Translations under genes and position numbers: made by a program
In this document: piece by piece, positions 8,868 through 18,951 of the stretch
Layout: the number at the start of each line of letters is the position of its first letter
Position numbering within the stretch: position 1 is the first letter of the stretch
The notes under the pieces: generated by a model
The model's input: only the letters and a program-made list of their open reading frames with translations
Told to the model about the DNA's origin: nothing
Database searches by the model: none
DNA from: a virus
IMG/VR virus record: IMGVR_UViG_3300035698_017726
Coordinates: 50,833-114,832 of that record
Reading direction: 5' to 3' (one strand)
DNA length: 64,000 nucleotides

Positions 8868-11800
8868 ATGTCCGATACCCGCCCCGGCGTAACCGTCGTC
8901 CAAGCACTTACCGAAACTCCGGTAGTTGCCTCGTCTCCTACGCTCGTTCCTTGCATCGTCGGCGTATGCCGTCAGATCATTGAAGAGACCGAGGATGATG
9001 GGACCCCCAATTCGGACGCTCTCTACTCAGAGGACTCGTACCAGCAGTCCGAGATGTACATCCCACAGGCGTCCTTCCCGGACCCACGGGACAACATCGA
9101 CGAGTTGGACATCGAAGAAGCAGAAATCGAAGTATTCCTGCGTCCAGTAGGCGGTTCGCAGGTGGAGCTTCCCCGAGGCTCTGGCGGCTCCTACGGAACC
9201 AGCTTCCTGAAGCTGATGAACCGAAGCCGTGCGACGGCTATCCGGTCCACCATTGGCGCGAACGGTATCGCAGCCACTCTGACGTTCAGTAATGACGTCC
9301 TGCTCATCGCCTTCGACCTGATCAACTCGGCGATCACCACTAGCGATATCACTGTGTCCCTAGACGGGGCCCTGACCATCACCGAAATCGCCACTGCGAT
9401 CAACACGGCTGCGGGCACCACTGTCGCCACCGCATGGCTGGATGCAGACGACGAGATGGGCGCCGGCGCTACGTTCTACTACCTGCAGATTCAGTCCACT
9501 GCTTATGGGGCTACTTCCAGCCTCACTCTCAGAAGCTGCAGCGCCATCCCTGTCCTCTGGGGTACGCTGACTGAGACCAGTGAGTACCGGGTAGATGGTT
9601 CTGGGTTCTGGGGCCAGGACGATGTAGACAGTGACCTCGTCACCCCATGGATCGAATTCTCCAGGGGCTCCGCGACCGTTACCACCGTTCTTGGGGTAAC
9701 TACGGACATCACACTGGCGCCACATGTTGTCAATGAGTTGTGGGTAGGTTGGCTAGATGTCGATGACACCTGGATTGAGTCTGTAGCCGCCGCCGTTACT
9801 TTCACCGGAACCAGTCCAACTATCCCTCTGGTGGCCGCAACTTCTACGGTGCCTGGTGACCAGTTCTGGGCCACTGGCGTACAGGTAGGTAGCGGAGAAA
9901 TCACTAAGGTCGAGACCTCCCGCTTCAAGATTGGAGTTCTCAGTACATCCCTCTCTACCTACGATGATGACGGTGAGCCCACTACACGCGTATACACCAC
10001 CTACGAAGTCAACACTCCAAGCCACCAGACTCCTTTTGCTCCTAAGTATGCTTACTTTGTCGCTGACGGCCTGGTGTACGGCGAGGTCATTCCGGCTGGT
10101 GAGCAGGCCACTATTACCGGTACTACGGCGGGCCTCCCGGCTAGGCCTGCGTACGTACAGGCACCTATCGACGTAGTCTTCCCGGCTGCTCCAGGACTGA
10201 ACCTGGCGGGTATGACGCTCATCTACCAGATCACCACTGATGGTGTTGCTGCTGCGGAAGTGACCTACACCTTCCCCGGTGGGTCCACCGCTGTGGATAT
10301 CGCAGCGCTGCTCGTACTGATGACTGCTGTCGGTATCACTGGAGTCACCGTCACCAATACCGGTGACCGGCTGCTTCTCACTACCACAGCTACTGGCGCA
10401 GACCAGACCATCAGCATCAAGAGCACCGGTACGGTAAACGCTGAGCTCGGCTTCTCCGCTGTTGCAGCCACCACTGGCAGCGGCAAGGACGTCGAGTTTG
10501 CTACCCAGGCCGCATTCGAGACTCAAGCGTTCACTCTGCCTCTGACCTACCTAAATCCCGTCACGCTAGACATGACGGTCGTCGACTCCATGGGTACCCA
10601 TGACCTGTCAGCTACAGGTATTGACCTTTCCGCAGACGCTACTCTCACCGACCTAATCGCGGCTATCTCCACCGCATTCGATGGCGACGGTGTCTCTACC
10701 ATCAACGACGTCGGGATCCCGGTAGCTACGTTGAGCGCGACTGCTTTCGACGCCAATGACATCTCCGGTACGATTACCTTCACCACCGTTGAAGGCGGAT
10801 CTGCGGTCTCTGTTGCGCTCCAGGCTATCGATGAAACGGACGGTTTCAGATACTTCGGTACTTACGATGACCAGGTAGGCGCGTACGCTTTCGTGCCAGC
10901 CATCAACATCATGGCGGACTTCATCTGGCTACGCGGTAGGCTAGCTGTTGATGCTGGTCCAGATGGTTTCGACATTACCATCACCAACTTTGCCAATGCG
11001 CTAGCGGTCACCAACCTCATTCTGACGGTATCTGCTGGGGCCAGTGTAGACGAACTGGCTATAGATATTGCTGCAGCAATCAACACCGCTATCGGTGGAC
11101 CACCTGCAAATCCGGTCACCTGTGTCTTCAACAGAACCACCGGCGTCTTTGACCTCGTAGACCCTGAGGGCGGTACCATCCTCATTGCGGCACGTACGGG
11201 CGGTACCGACCTATCTACTGAGCTGTTTGGCATTGCTTTCACTGCCTCTCAGATTGGCGCATGGTCCGGTAACGCTCCCGACCTCGCCAATGGCGGAATT
11301 GGCGGATCTGGTTGGGACACCATCACCCTTACCGTGGATGACGGCACCGGTCCTCTGGCTGTCTCCAAGGATGCGGATCTCACCTTCTTGCTGACTGACC
11401 CCGAAGAGCTGGTGCAGCTCTTGAACGCAGACACCGAGTTCAATGGGTTTACTGACTTCGGCTACGAAGCAGTGCAGTGGTACATGGTGGATGCGGCCGG
11501 ACATATCGGCGTGCGTACCGTTCCTGGCGGAGTTGTCGCGGCCATCACCATCGGTGCGGCGCAGCAGGGCATGGTAGATATTGGCTTCGACCCAGCAGGA
11601 AACGCGGTTATCGGAACCATTGTGGGCCGTTACGACGATGACGGAGCCAACTTGCTGCTAGGTACCGCCCTTCAGTTCATGTTGGACGACAACCCTTACG
11701 TCTACACCGTCACGGCTTCCGAGAACTCTCTGGCTACCTTCATCGCGGAAATCAACACCGAGGTGGACGGTTCCTCTGATGTAGCGTCCGAGACCGCAGC

Positions 11801-13433
11801 CAAGATGACCTTGACGTCCATGCTGTATGGCGCGGCCTCCAAGGTCGAAATCGACGACACCGGTACCGCTGACGACATCCTAGGCCTGACGGGTCTGTCG
11901 GATGAGGGCGCTGGTCGCCCCAACCCTGACTTCTACCTCGATGCCGTCGGTGCCATCACCATTGGCCCCAGCGTTCTGCGTAACGGCAGCTCCGGAATCC
12001 CTTACACGATTTCATCTGCCTATGCCGAGGTCTACATCGCCTACACGGCTATCCGTGAGGACGTGACCGCTTCCGCTGAAGAGCCGGCTCTGCTCACCTT
12101 CGACAATGTCACGGACATGGAAGCGGCTATCGGCCCCATCAGTACCAACAACCCGTTGGCGCTCGGAGTCTACCTGGCTCTCCTCAACAGCCCGACACAG
12201 AGTGTCTCCGCCCTAGGTGTTGATGAGGTCAATGCGGCTGCCCCCGAAGGTACGTTGGACGGCTGGGCCAGAGCTATCGAGTATCTCGAGGCCAAGGAAG
12301 TCTACGCCATCGCGCCTATGACCGAGGACGAGTACGTACAGCAAGTACTGTCCACTCACGTCCAGGCCATGAGTGAGCCCGCAGAGCGTGGAGAGCGTAT
12401 CGCCGTCATGTGGCGTTCTCTCCCCGATAGGGCATCGGCCATTACGGTCGGCTCCGGCGAAGACGCAGAGAGCACGGGTACTGATGACACTATCGACCTG
12501 GGTACCAACCTCGAGCCCAACCTCATTGCCTACGGCATCGATCCTACAGATCCAATCGACTACGACGAGGAGCTCTACGTCGAGGTCCTCATCACCGAAG
12601 TCGGTTCTTCTACGCTCCGCAAGTACAGTGTCTCTGAGGTCAACGGAGTCATCCTGACCTTCAGGACCACTTTCTTGGCCACTGAGAACACCGATGGGTT
12701 CTACACCACATCTACTCTGGATGAGGACGTCACCGGACAGAGCTGGGCGCTGAAGATCCGTGGCGCCGAGTTGGTCATCACCGGTACTACCCGGCCGGAC
12801 CTAGGCTCCATCGCTGACGCGGCTGCTGATGCTGGCGAAGGCTTTGCCCATCGTCGTGTCTTCCTTCTTGCCTGCAACAACGTGAATACTTCTATCGATG
12901 GCCTCACCGCCAATGTAGAGGGCTTCTACGCTGCTGCTGCTGTTGCCGGAATGGTAGGCGAGCAGCTTCCCCAGCAGTCCTTCACCAATGTAGGCATCAC
13001 TGGCTTCAGCAAGGTCTACGGAACCGATGACACCTTCAGCGAGGACCAGCTCGATACGGTAGCTGACGGTGGACGTTACCTCCTGATCAATAACGGAAGT
13101 CTGGTCATGTCCAGGCATTCGAGATCCACAGCCGTTCTTACCATCGAAAGCCGCGAGCTCTCGATCACGAAGGCTATCGACTACCTGGCTAAGGGCCTCC
13201 GCCTGACGAACCGCGTCTTCATCGGCCGCTTTGTCATCAACTCTGGCTTCCTGGACCAGCTGACCATGGCTAACGAGGGATTCCTCGCCTACGTGGTTAG
13301 TCTGGGCATCGTAAATGCAGCAGCGCTGAACAGCCTGCTACAGGATGAAGACAGTCCTGATACTATTCTGATTGAGGTCGAGGTCGTTCCGGCCTATCCT
13401 TGCAACAAGATTCGCATCACCATCGTGTCCTAG
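8868..13433 (+). CDS. Contractile tail sheath protein (very large)
   Basis: N-terminal RPGVTVVQ; C-terminal sheath-like domain (ERIAV, AAAAVAG, RELSITKAIDY, PAYPCNKIRITI); 1521 aa. Confidence 0.85.
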   Translation: MSDTRPGVTVVQALTETPVVASSPTLVPCIVGVCRQIIEETEDDGTPNSDALYSEDSYQQSEMYIPQASFPDPRDNIDELDIEEAEIEVFLRPVGGSQVELPRGSGGSYGTSFLKLMNRSRATAIRSTIGANGIAATLTFSNDVLLIAFDLINSAITTSDITVSLDGALTITEIATAINTAAGTTVATAWLDADDEMGAGATFYYLQIQSTAYGATSSLTLRSCSAIPVLWGTLTETSEYRVDGSGFWGQDDVDSDLVTPWIEFSRGSATVTTVLGVTTDITLAPHVVNELWVGWLDVDDTWIESVAAAVTFTGTSPTIPLVAATSTVPGDQFWATGVQVGSGEITKVETSRFKIGVLSTSLSTYDDDGEPTTRVYTTYEVNTPSHQTPFAPKYAYFVADGLVYGEVIPAGEQATITGTTAGLPARPAYVQAPIDVVFPAAPGLNLAGMTLIYQITTDGVAAAEVTYTFPGGSTAVDIAALLVLMTAVGITGVTVTNTGDRLLLTTTATGADQTISIKSTGTVNAELGFSAVAATTGSGKDVEFATQAAFETQAFTLPLTYLNPVTLDMTVVDSMGTHDLSATGIDLSADATLTDLIAAISTAFDGDGVSTINDVGIPVATLSATAFDANDISGTITFTTVEGGSAVSVALQAIDETDGFRYFGTYDDQVGAYAFVPAINIMADFIWLRGRLAVDAGPDGFDITITNFANALAVTNLILTVSAGASVDELAIDIAAAINTAIGGPPANPVTCVFNRTTGVFDLVDPEGGTILIAARTGGTDLSTELFGIAFTASQIGAWSGNAPDLANGGIGGSGWDTITLTVDDGTGPLAVSKDADLTFLLTDPEELVQLLNADTEFNGFTDFGYEAVQWYMVDAAGHIGVRTVPGGVVAAITIGAAQQGMVDIGFDPAGNAVIGTIVGRYDDDGANLLLGTALQFMLDDNPYVYTVTASENSLATFIAEINTEVDGSSDVASETAAKMTLTSMLYGAASKVEIDDTGTADDILGLTGLSDEGAGRPNPDFYLDAVGAITIGPSVLRNGSSGIPYTISSAYAEVYIAYTAIREDVTASAEEPALLTFDNVTDMEAAIGPISTNNPLALGVYLALLNSPTQSVSALGVDEVNAAAPEGTLDGWARAIEYLEAKEVYAIAPMTEDEYVQQVLSTHVQAMSEPAERGERIAVMWRSLPDRASAITVGSGEDAESTGTDDTIDLGTNLEPNLIAYGIDPTDPIDYDEELYVEVLITEVGSSTLRKYSVSEVNGVILTFRTTFLATENTDGFYTTSTLDEDVTGQSWALKIRGAELVITGTTRPDLGSIADAAADAGEGFAHRRVFLLACNNVNTSIDGLTANVEGFYAAAAVAGMVGEQLPQQSFTNVGITGFSKVYGTDDTFSEDQLDTVADGGRYLLINNGSLVMSRHSRSTAVLTIESRELSITKAIDYLAKGLRLTNRVFIGRFVINSGFLDQLTMANEGFLAYVVSLGIVNAAALNSLLQDEDSPDTILIEVEVVPAYPCNKIRITIVS

Positions 13434-13445
13434 AGGAGCGAAACC

Positions 13446-14831
13446 ATGAGCACCTACCCAAAGAGTGCCGCCAACACTATCAAGTTCTCCGAGCGTTGGA
13501 TCACTCAGCGCATGCACCGTAAGTACGACGACAAGTTCGACGTGCTCATGGAGTCGCTGAAGGCCATCGAAACGTACGATGAGGCTACCTACCCGTACAT
13601 CACTGCTCTGAGTGATGGCCTTGCCGGCCTGACCCTAGCGGTGAACACCGATGAGACCATCGATGGCGGAAACCTTATGGGTGACGCTACTCAGGGCTAT
13701 TCGGACCTGGCAGTGGCCGCCGGTACTGATACCATCACCTTCAAGTCCGTTATGCCTGGGGCGCACACCATCACGCTCACCCTTGTGCATGTGGCTGCGC
13801 CCGCAGCAGTTACTGCTGCGGATCCAGCTCTCGGAACCCTGACTGTAGCCTTCCAGACAGCAGTTACCACTACGACTCAGCTTATTGCGGCCATCGCCGC
13901 AGATGCCGTCGCCAAGTACATGGTCATCGGTACCGTAGTTGGTGGTGGTGCAGCGGTCATGACCACTGTTGGAGATGCAGGTGCCTACACGCTCCTGGGT
14001 ACTGGCGAGGTCTGCGCTGTGCAGATTGGTACCTACGGTCTCAGCGTACCTGGCGTAGCCACCGTCCCCGGTGTCGGTGTCACCGATTGGACCGCTTCTA
14101 CCATCACCTTGGACGTTGATGCTACTGATATCGACGGTCTCGGTACTCCTCTGGTAGCAGGTATCGGCTACATGTTGGCTGTCCGCGCTGATGGCGTACT
14201 GACTATGCCGGTGCAGCTGGTCTGTGACGCGACCAACATCTCCACCAGTGAGCTGGCCGTAGGAGTCCTGGCGGCAAGTGTTGCCGGTAGAGCGTTGATG
14301 GCTACAGGTTACTTCGATGCCCCCACCGTAGCAGATAAGTTCCTGCAAGGGACTATTGCAGGATCTCTTCTGGCTCCCGAAGTTCGCGCGACTCGTAAAG
14401 TGATCATCCCTGGCGGTAACGGCGTGGGAAATGTTGGCGATTTGAACAGTAGTGCTGTTCAAGTTGTCCCGGCTCCTGGTGCCGGTTTTGCCGTTATCGT
14501 CGATGAGGTCTTCTACAAGTTCGGTGACGATAGCGCCACCGTGTGGGTTGCTTACGACGTAGTTGGTGCGGGTGAAGATCTAGTGCTCCGGTACGTTGGT
14601 GGAGCCGCAGCCGAACTGACTGCCGATGTGGACAACGGCAACGGCGCGGGTGTCCGCCTCGCTCGCGTAGGAGCTGGCACGGATCTAGCCGTCGCTGGCA
14701 GGCTAGTAGCGGATACTATTCCCCAGGAAGATACCGCCGTTGAGCTATTCGTCCGCGCTAACGACCCCTTCGCCGCTGCAGGTGACATGCCCATGACCGT
14801 TACAGTCACCTACCACGTAATCACGGTGTAG
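13446..14831 (+). CDS. Putative virion structural protein
   Basis: 461 aa, Ala/Gly/Val/Thr-rich beta protein between sheath and tube genes. Confidence 0.55.
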   Translation: MSTYPKSAANTIKFSERWITQRMHRKYDDKFDVLMESLKAIETYDEATYPYITALSDGLAGLTLAVNTDETIDGGNLMGDATQGYSDLAVAAGTDTITFKSVMPGAHTITLTLVHVAAPAAVTAADPALGTLTVAFQTAVTTTTQLIAAIAADAVAKYMVIGTVVGGGAAVMTTVGDAGAYTLLGTGEVCAVQIGTYGLSVPGVATVPGVGVTDWTASTITLDVDATDIDGLGTPLVAGIGYMLAVRADGVLTMPVQLVCDATNISTSELAVGVLAASVAGRALMATGYFDAPTVADKFLQGTIAGSLLAPEVRATRKVIIPGGNGVGNVGDLNSSAVQVVPAPGAGFAVIVDEVFYKFGDDSATVWVAYDVVGAGEDLVLRYVGGAAAELTADVDNGNGAGVRLARVGAGTDLAVAGRLVADTIPQEDTAVELFVRANDPFAAAGDMPMTVTVTYHVITV

Positions 14832-14838
14832 TGCTACT

Positions 14839-14868
14839 GAAGGCGCCAGTAGGTACTGGCGCCTTCTT
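14839..14868 (+). terminator. Inverted repeat/terminator
   Basis: GAAGGCGCCAGTA-GG-TACTGGCGCCTTC-TT. Confidence 0.6.
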
Positions 14869-14906
14869 GGCCGCCCCCCATTTCTCTCGCACTGAAGGTA
14901 CCCATC

Positions 14907-15614
14907 ATGGCCACACTTAGCCAATGGTCCCCCTACGACGACTATGTTCAGGGTGGCCTGGTAGACGGGCGGTTCATGAACTCCGCCTATACGCTGATTG
15001 CAGCAGGGCCTCCCAGACTCTCCAACATCGGCGGTCCCAGCTTCTTTGCTGCGGCTCTTGGTGCTGGCAGTGGCGCAGAGGACCAGATTGCGTATCCCAT
15101 CGGCGTAGTTCAGAACTTCTCTCTCGGGCACAACACGAACCTGTCTCGTATCTGGGAAATCGGTTCTGTACGTAGTTACTTCATCCCAGGAAGGACCATT
15201 GGTCAGCTCGGCCTCAGCCGCGTCATGTACCACGGTCCCTCACTACTGCGGGTGCTGTATGCGTACTACCAGGACTTGATCGCTCCCACGCTGGTTAGCT
15301 CGGTGTTCACGAACATCGGTTCTGCCACGGTAGCCAACCCCCATGACGTAGTTATTCCTCCAGGGTACGAGAACATCTTCCTCAACCTGGCGTCTGACCT
15401 CTTCACTCAGCCCATCGGCCTCCTCCTGATGTTCAAGGATAGCAACGAGGATACTATGGGCGCCGGCTATCTTGAGTCTGCCTATGTCCCGAACCATTCT
15501 CTGGCTACGGACGCAATGGGCACGATCATTCAGGAAACAGCAGCAGTTCAGTTCGAACGCCTGGTTCCTATCGCTACGCAGGTAGTGGGACTAGTGAGCG
15601 GTCTGACAGCGTAG
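14907..15614 (+). CDS. Tail tube protein
   Basis: PIGVVQNFSL...RIWEIGS..SYFIPG...GYLESAYV..HSL...IIQETAAVQFERLVP, a T4 gp19-like pattern, downstream of the sheath. Confidence 0.75.
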   Translation: MATLSQWSPYDDYVQGGLVDGRFMNSAYTLIAAGPPRLSNIGGPSFFAAALGAGSGAEDQIAYPIGVVQNFSLGHNTNLSRIWEIGSVRSYFIPGRTIGQLGLSRVMYHGPSLLRVLYAYYQDLIAPTLVSSVFTNIGSATVANPHDVVIPPGYENIFLNLASDLFTQPIGLLLMFKDSNEDTMGAGYLESAYVPNHSLATDAMGTIIQETAAVQFERLVPIATQVVGLVSGLTA

Positions 15615-15621
15615 GTACTGC

Positions 15622-16008
15622 ATGGGACCTCTACGTCAGAAGATAGAAAGTATGTCGAAGCAGGCTCACGCTAACCGTGAGCCTGCTCTGGTGCGTACTA
15701 TTCTCTCTGCCGAAAAGGTGGCCTCTGCTGTGACCACAGCTAGAGAAATGATGGAGAAGAGTGCCAAGCCTCTTTACGGCACCAAAGGAATCATTGTTGG
15801 TGGTGCCATGGACAGAGCTCTGCAGCAGCATGAGTACGCTAAGGGCAGAACTCTCAGACTAGCCAAGAGCAAGATGTACCGGGCCCAGAACAAGTTGAAG
15901 ATTCAGAGGCACAAAAAGAGGTATGCTGCGCAGGTAGACATGGGAGTACGAAGACAGCAGAACAGAGAACGCGTAGGCACGAGCTACGTCTCCACAGGAA
16001 TGCAATGA
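15622..16008 (+). CDS. Hypothetical basic virion protein (K-x-A motifs)
   Basis: SKQAH, EKVAS, EKSAK. Confidence 0.5.
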   Translation: MGPLRQKIESMSKQAHANREPALVRTILSAEKVASAVTTAREMMEKSAKPLYGTKGIIVGGAMDRALQQHEYAKGRTLRLAKSKMYRAQNKLKIQRHKKRYAAQVDMGVRRQQNRERVGTSYVSTGMQ

Positions 16009-16430
16009 TCTCGGCCTTCTTTAAGGAGATGGATAAGCTGGCCAACGTCCTTATGGATGAGGCGCATGCTCCCCGAGTAAATGGGCTGGTCACCAATAGG
16101 ATAGCTACTACCAGTGCCGCTAGAGGCGCCTCGGCAGGAGTAGCTCCAAAGGGCAGGCCCAATGCGATCAACCTGGGTAGCGGTAACTGGGCCAAGATCG
16201 GCAACCTATCTTCCATGGACACACAAGGAATGATGGCCACTACGCTTGGAGCAGCTGCGCTTACTGCCGGGGCTATTCAGGCTCCTCGAATGATCCGGTC
16301 GATTCAGAAGAACTACCAGGGAGATCCTGAGGCTGAGGGTGTCTCTCCTGCGACACTTTATATGTCAGGGCAGGTAGCCCAAGGCGCGTCGAAAGCCCTT
16401 CAGCCTGCGCTACGAAGAGTTCTCTCCTAG
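16005..16430 (+). CDS. Hypothetical virion protein
   Basis: Starts SAFFKEMDKLA; overlaps the previous stop codon. Confidence 0.5.
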   Translation: MISAFFKEMDKLANVLMDEAHAPRVNGLVTNRIATTSAARGASAGVAPKGRPNAINLGSGNWAKIGNLSSMDTQGMMATTLGAAALTAGAIQAPRMIRSIQKNYQGDPEAEGVSPATLYMSGQVAQGASKALQPALRRVLS

Positions 16431-16602
16431 TTGGGGATAGAGGGCTCTCTAGATCTTCGGGGTCAAAGAGGCCTTCGTCCTCTATGGCCATGTCGAGCAG
16501 TACGTGTAGTACGTTTGCCGCTGTTACTCGTCGTCCAGCCGCTATGGACAGCGTTCTCGCCGTCCTTTCTAGGTAGCTGCGATGGTGGTCGAGTAGTTTC
16601 AT
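16273..16602 (-). CDS. Hypothetical, possible ribbon-helix-helix DNA-binding protein
   Basis: MKLLDHHRSYLERTARTLS..GRRVTAANVLHVLLD; converges on and overlaps the previous gene. Confidence 0.4.
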   Translation of the reverse strand: MKLLDHHRSYLERTARTLSIAAGRRVTAANVLHVLLDMAIEDEGLFDPEDLESPLSPTRRELFVAQAEGLSTRLGLPALTYKVSQERHPQPQDLPGSSSESTGSFEEPE

Positions 16603-16621
16603 GGCTAAGAGGGAAGCCCCT

Positions 16622-16963
16622 TTAGGCTTCCGGCATGGTGTTAACGGAGGAGAGGATTGACCGCAGCTCTTGCTGCCCTTTGACCTCTTCGTAGGCCACG
16701 TCAATCAGTGCGTGTGTGGCCCCGGCGGCCATTTCTGGGGTCAGGCCGTTGTACTGCCGCAGCATGTTGAGGATCATCACCTCCATCTGCTGGCAAAGCA
16801 CTCTGGCCGCCACCTGAGGATTGGTGGTGGCTGCCGCAGTGAAGTTGGCCTTCGTTTCGCCCATATCCTCGTAGATAGTGAGGAACATGAAGTCGTCGAT
16901 ACCATATTCCTTGGACATTTTCTGCAGCTTGTCCAGGAATTCCATGACTCGGGGTTCCTTCAT
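16622..16963 (-). CDS. Hypothetical protein
   Basis: ATG at 16963 overlapping the VWA stop codon. Confidence 0.55.
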   Translation of the reverse strand: MKEPRVMEFLDKLQKMSKEYGIDDFMFLTIYEDMGETKANFTAAATTNPQVAARVLCQQMEVMILNMLRQYNGLTPEMAAGATHALIDVAYEEVKGQQELRSILSSVNTMPEA

Positions 16964-18951
16964 CGTGTTCCCTTCTCTATGTGTGCCCGCACGAGAACCT
17001 TGGCCGCCTCGGGCAGGGCTGTTGCCAGTCCTCTGATGTCTTCTACGTTCCCATAACGGGCCTTTCCGAAAGTGGCTTCGAACATGGCCTGGTAGGCCTT
17101 CGGTCCGATGCCCAGTACGGAGAGCACTACACCGTCCTTCCACATCTCGTCGATGACGTTATTCAGGTCCTCGTTGGCGTTGCCCGTGGACTTACGAGCT
17201 CTCAGCGTATTGGGGAGGCCGTCGGTGATGAGGAGCACCGCTCTGGTCGTCTTGGAGTTCCTTGCCCACTCCAGCGCCACGTCCATGGCCTGCACGGTAG
17301 CCGTGTAGTTCATGCTGACGCCCTTGGCTTCTCTGGGACTCCCGACCTTTTTGAAGAAGTACATGCAGGAGCTGTAGCCCCAGAGATGGAGCTGTACCTG
17401 CTTGCTCTTACAGGCCACCATCGTGTCAGCGATAGCCTGCTCGGCAATCTCCACGCCCTTACCCGACATGGATCCGCTGAGGTCCACCAGCATGAGGAGC
17501 TCCATTCCTGACTCTCTCTTCAAGGAGACGAAGAGAGGGTCCTCGTCGAGCGTGCCGTTGAGCTTGGCCGAGATGAAGGCTTCGACATCCAGTTCATCTC
17601 CCTCTTCTACGAGCTTTCTGCGCTTCTTCATGCGGATCTTGTCTAGCTCGTGCTGGATGTTCCACGCAGCAGCCGTGGGTGGGGGCAGGGCACGCGTTGC
17701 CTCTACGAAGAACCCAGGGATGCCTGCAACCTTACAGGCGCCTGAGAGCGTGTCCTGGGCCTGCTCCTTCGATGTCTTGTCAGGCATGGCCATAGCGGTG
17801 CGCGCTTGGTCCAGCTTGTCCTCAGCTGCCCTGGCGCCTTCGTCTAAGAGCTGAGACATCGAGCTCTTACCGCTGTCGTCGAAGTCATTGTCCTTGGCTG
17901 TCAGCAGCCTACGAATCCTAGCCAGGTCCTTAGCGTTGGGCGCCTTTGATTTGGGACCCTTCTGGAGATCGTTCTTCCCCATCATCCTCTGCTTGCTGTT
18001 CCCGTGGGCTGGGCTCGATTGGGGCCGTCTTACTGCGTTGGTAAGCGCCTCTAATTTTTGCTGTGCATTCTGCTGCCCGTTCGAAGGCTTCTTGCGCTTC
18101 TTGGGAGGCGGCTTCGAACCCGAGCTCCCTGAAGATCCTGGCTTGCTCGTCGAAGAGCTCGAGCTCTGCTTCGAACCACCAGATTGTGAGGGCTGCTGCT
18201 GGGAGGCCCCTCCCTGACCAGAGGTCTTCGCCGGTTTCGGAGGGGGCTCCAGCAGGGCATCCGCTATATCGTCCACAAGTCTTGCAGTGATTGCTAGGCA
18301 TGCTGCTGCGTCTACTCCTTCTACGAGGTTCTTAGAGGCCACCATGTATGGCGCACAGGCCTTGAACTTATCCGGCGCCGTATGTGTCTGGATTCCTGAG
18401 GCCACTCTACAGAGGTAAGCGAGCAGGTCCTTGCGTGCATCCTCTCCGAGCTCAAACTCGGCGATACCTCTCCACTGCTCTTCTTGAAGCTGTCCTCCGC
18501 CCGGATAGAGCTGCTCCCAGAGGTACCGCACCCGGTGATCCTCGAGGATGTTCCAGATCTGATGGGTCAGGAGGTCCAGCTTCTCCTTGTAGGGCAGGGC
18601 ATCCTTGTGCGTCGCAGGAATCTTGGCCCTACGTAGTAGCCGTTCTACTGCCTGCTTCCTGAAGGCCTCGGTCATGGCCAGGTCAGTACCGAAGAGACAG
18701 TGGGATACCTCGTGCTCTACTACCAGGTACCCTTCTTTGTCGCTCATCGGCGCCTTGATGTAGGTCTCACAGTCTGTGGACCCACCTGGGTCGTCGATGA
18801 GAGCGAAGTCTCTGCCTAGGAGTGAGCCAAAAGTGGAGATGAGGTTCTCCGAGCGAGCTCGGATATACTCGGCGTCTCCAGACATTGGGCCTAGGTCTAG
18901 TTCTGGTCTAGTTCTCTGGGGCACTAGGCCCAATGGATTTGGCTGTGACAT
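16960..18951 (-). CDS. VWA-domain protein with N-terminal HExxH (CobT-like MoxR partner)
   Basis: HEVSH, NILEDHRV; MIDAS DLSGS...T...ITDG. Confidence 0.85.
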   Translation of the reverse strand: MSQPNPLGLVPQRTRPELDLGPMSGDAEYIRARSENLISTFGSLLGRDFALIDDPGGSTDCETYIKAPMSDKEGYLVVEHEVSHCLFGTDLAMTEAFRKQAVERLLRRAKIPATHKDALPYKEKLDLLTHQIWNILEDHRVRYLWEQLYPGGGQLQEEQWRGIAEFELGEDARKDLLAYLCRVASGIQTHTAPDKFKACAPYMVASKNLVEGVDAAACLAITARLVDDIADALLEPPPKPAKTSGQGGASQQQPSQSGGSKQSSSSSTSKPGSSGSSGSKPPPKKRKKPSNGQQNAQQKLEALTNAVRRPQSSPAHGNSKQRMMGKNDLQKGPKSKAPNAKDLARIRRLLTAKDNDFDDSGKSSMSQLLDEGARAAEDKLDQARTAMAMPDKTSKEQAQDTLSGACKVAGIPGFFVEATRALPPPTAAAWNIQHELDKIRMKKRRKLVEEGDELDVEAFISAKLNGTLDEDPLFVSLKRESGMELLMLVDLSGSMSGKGVEIAEQAIADTMVACKSKQVQLHLWGYSSCMYFFKKVGSPREAKGVSMNYTATVQAMDVALEWARNSKTTRAVLLITDGLPNTLRARKSTGNANEDLNNVIDEMWKDGVVLSVLGIGPKAYQAMFEATFGKARYGNVEDIRGLATALPEAAKVLVRAHIEKGTR

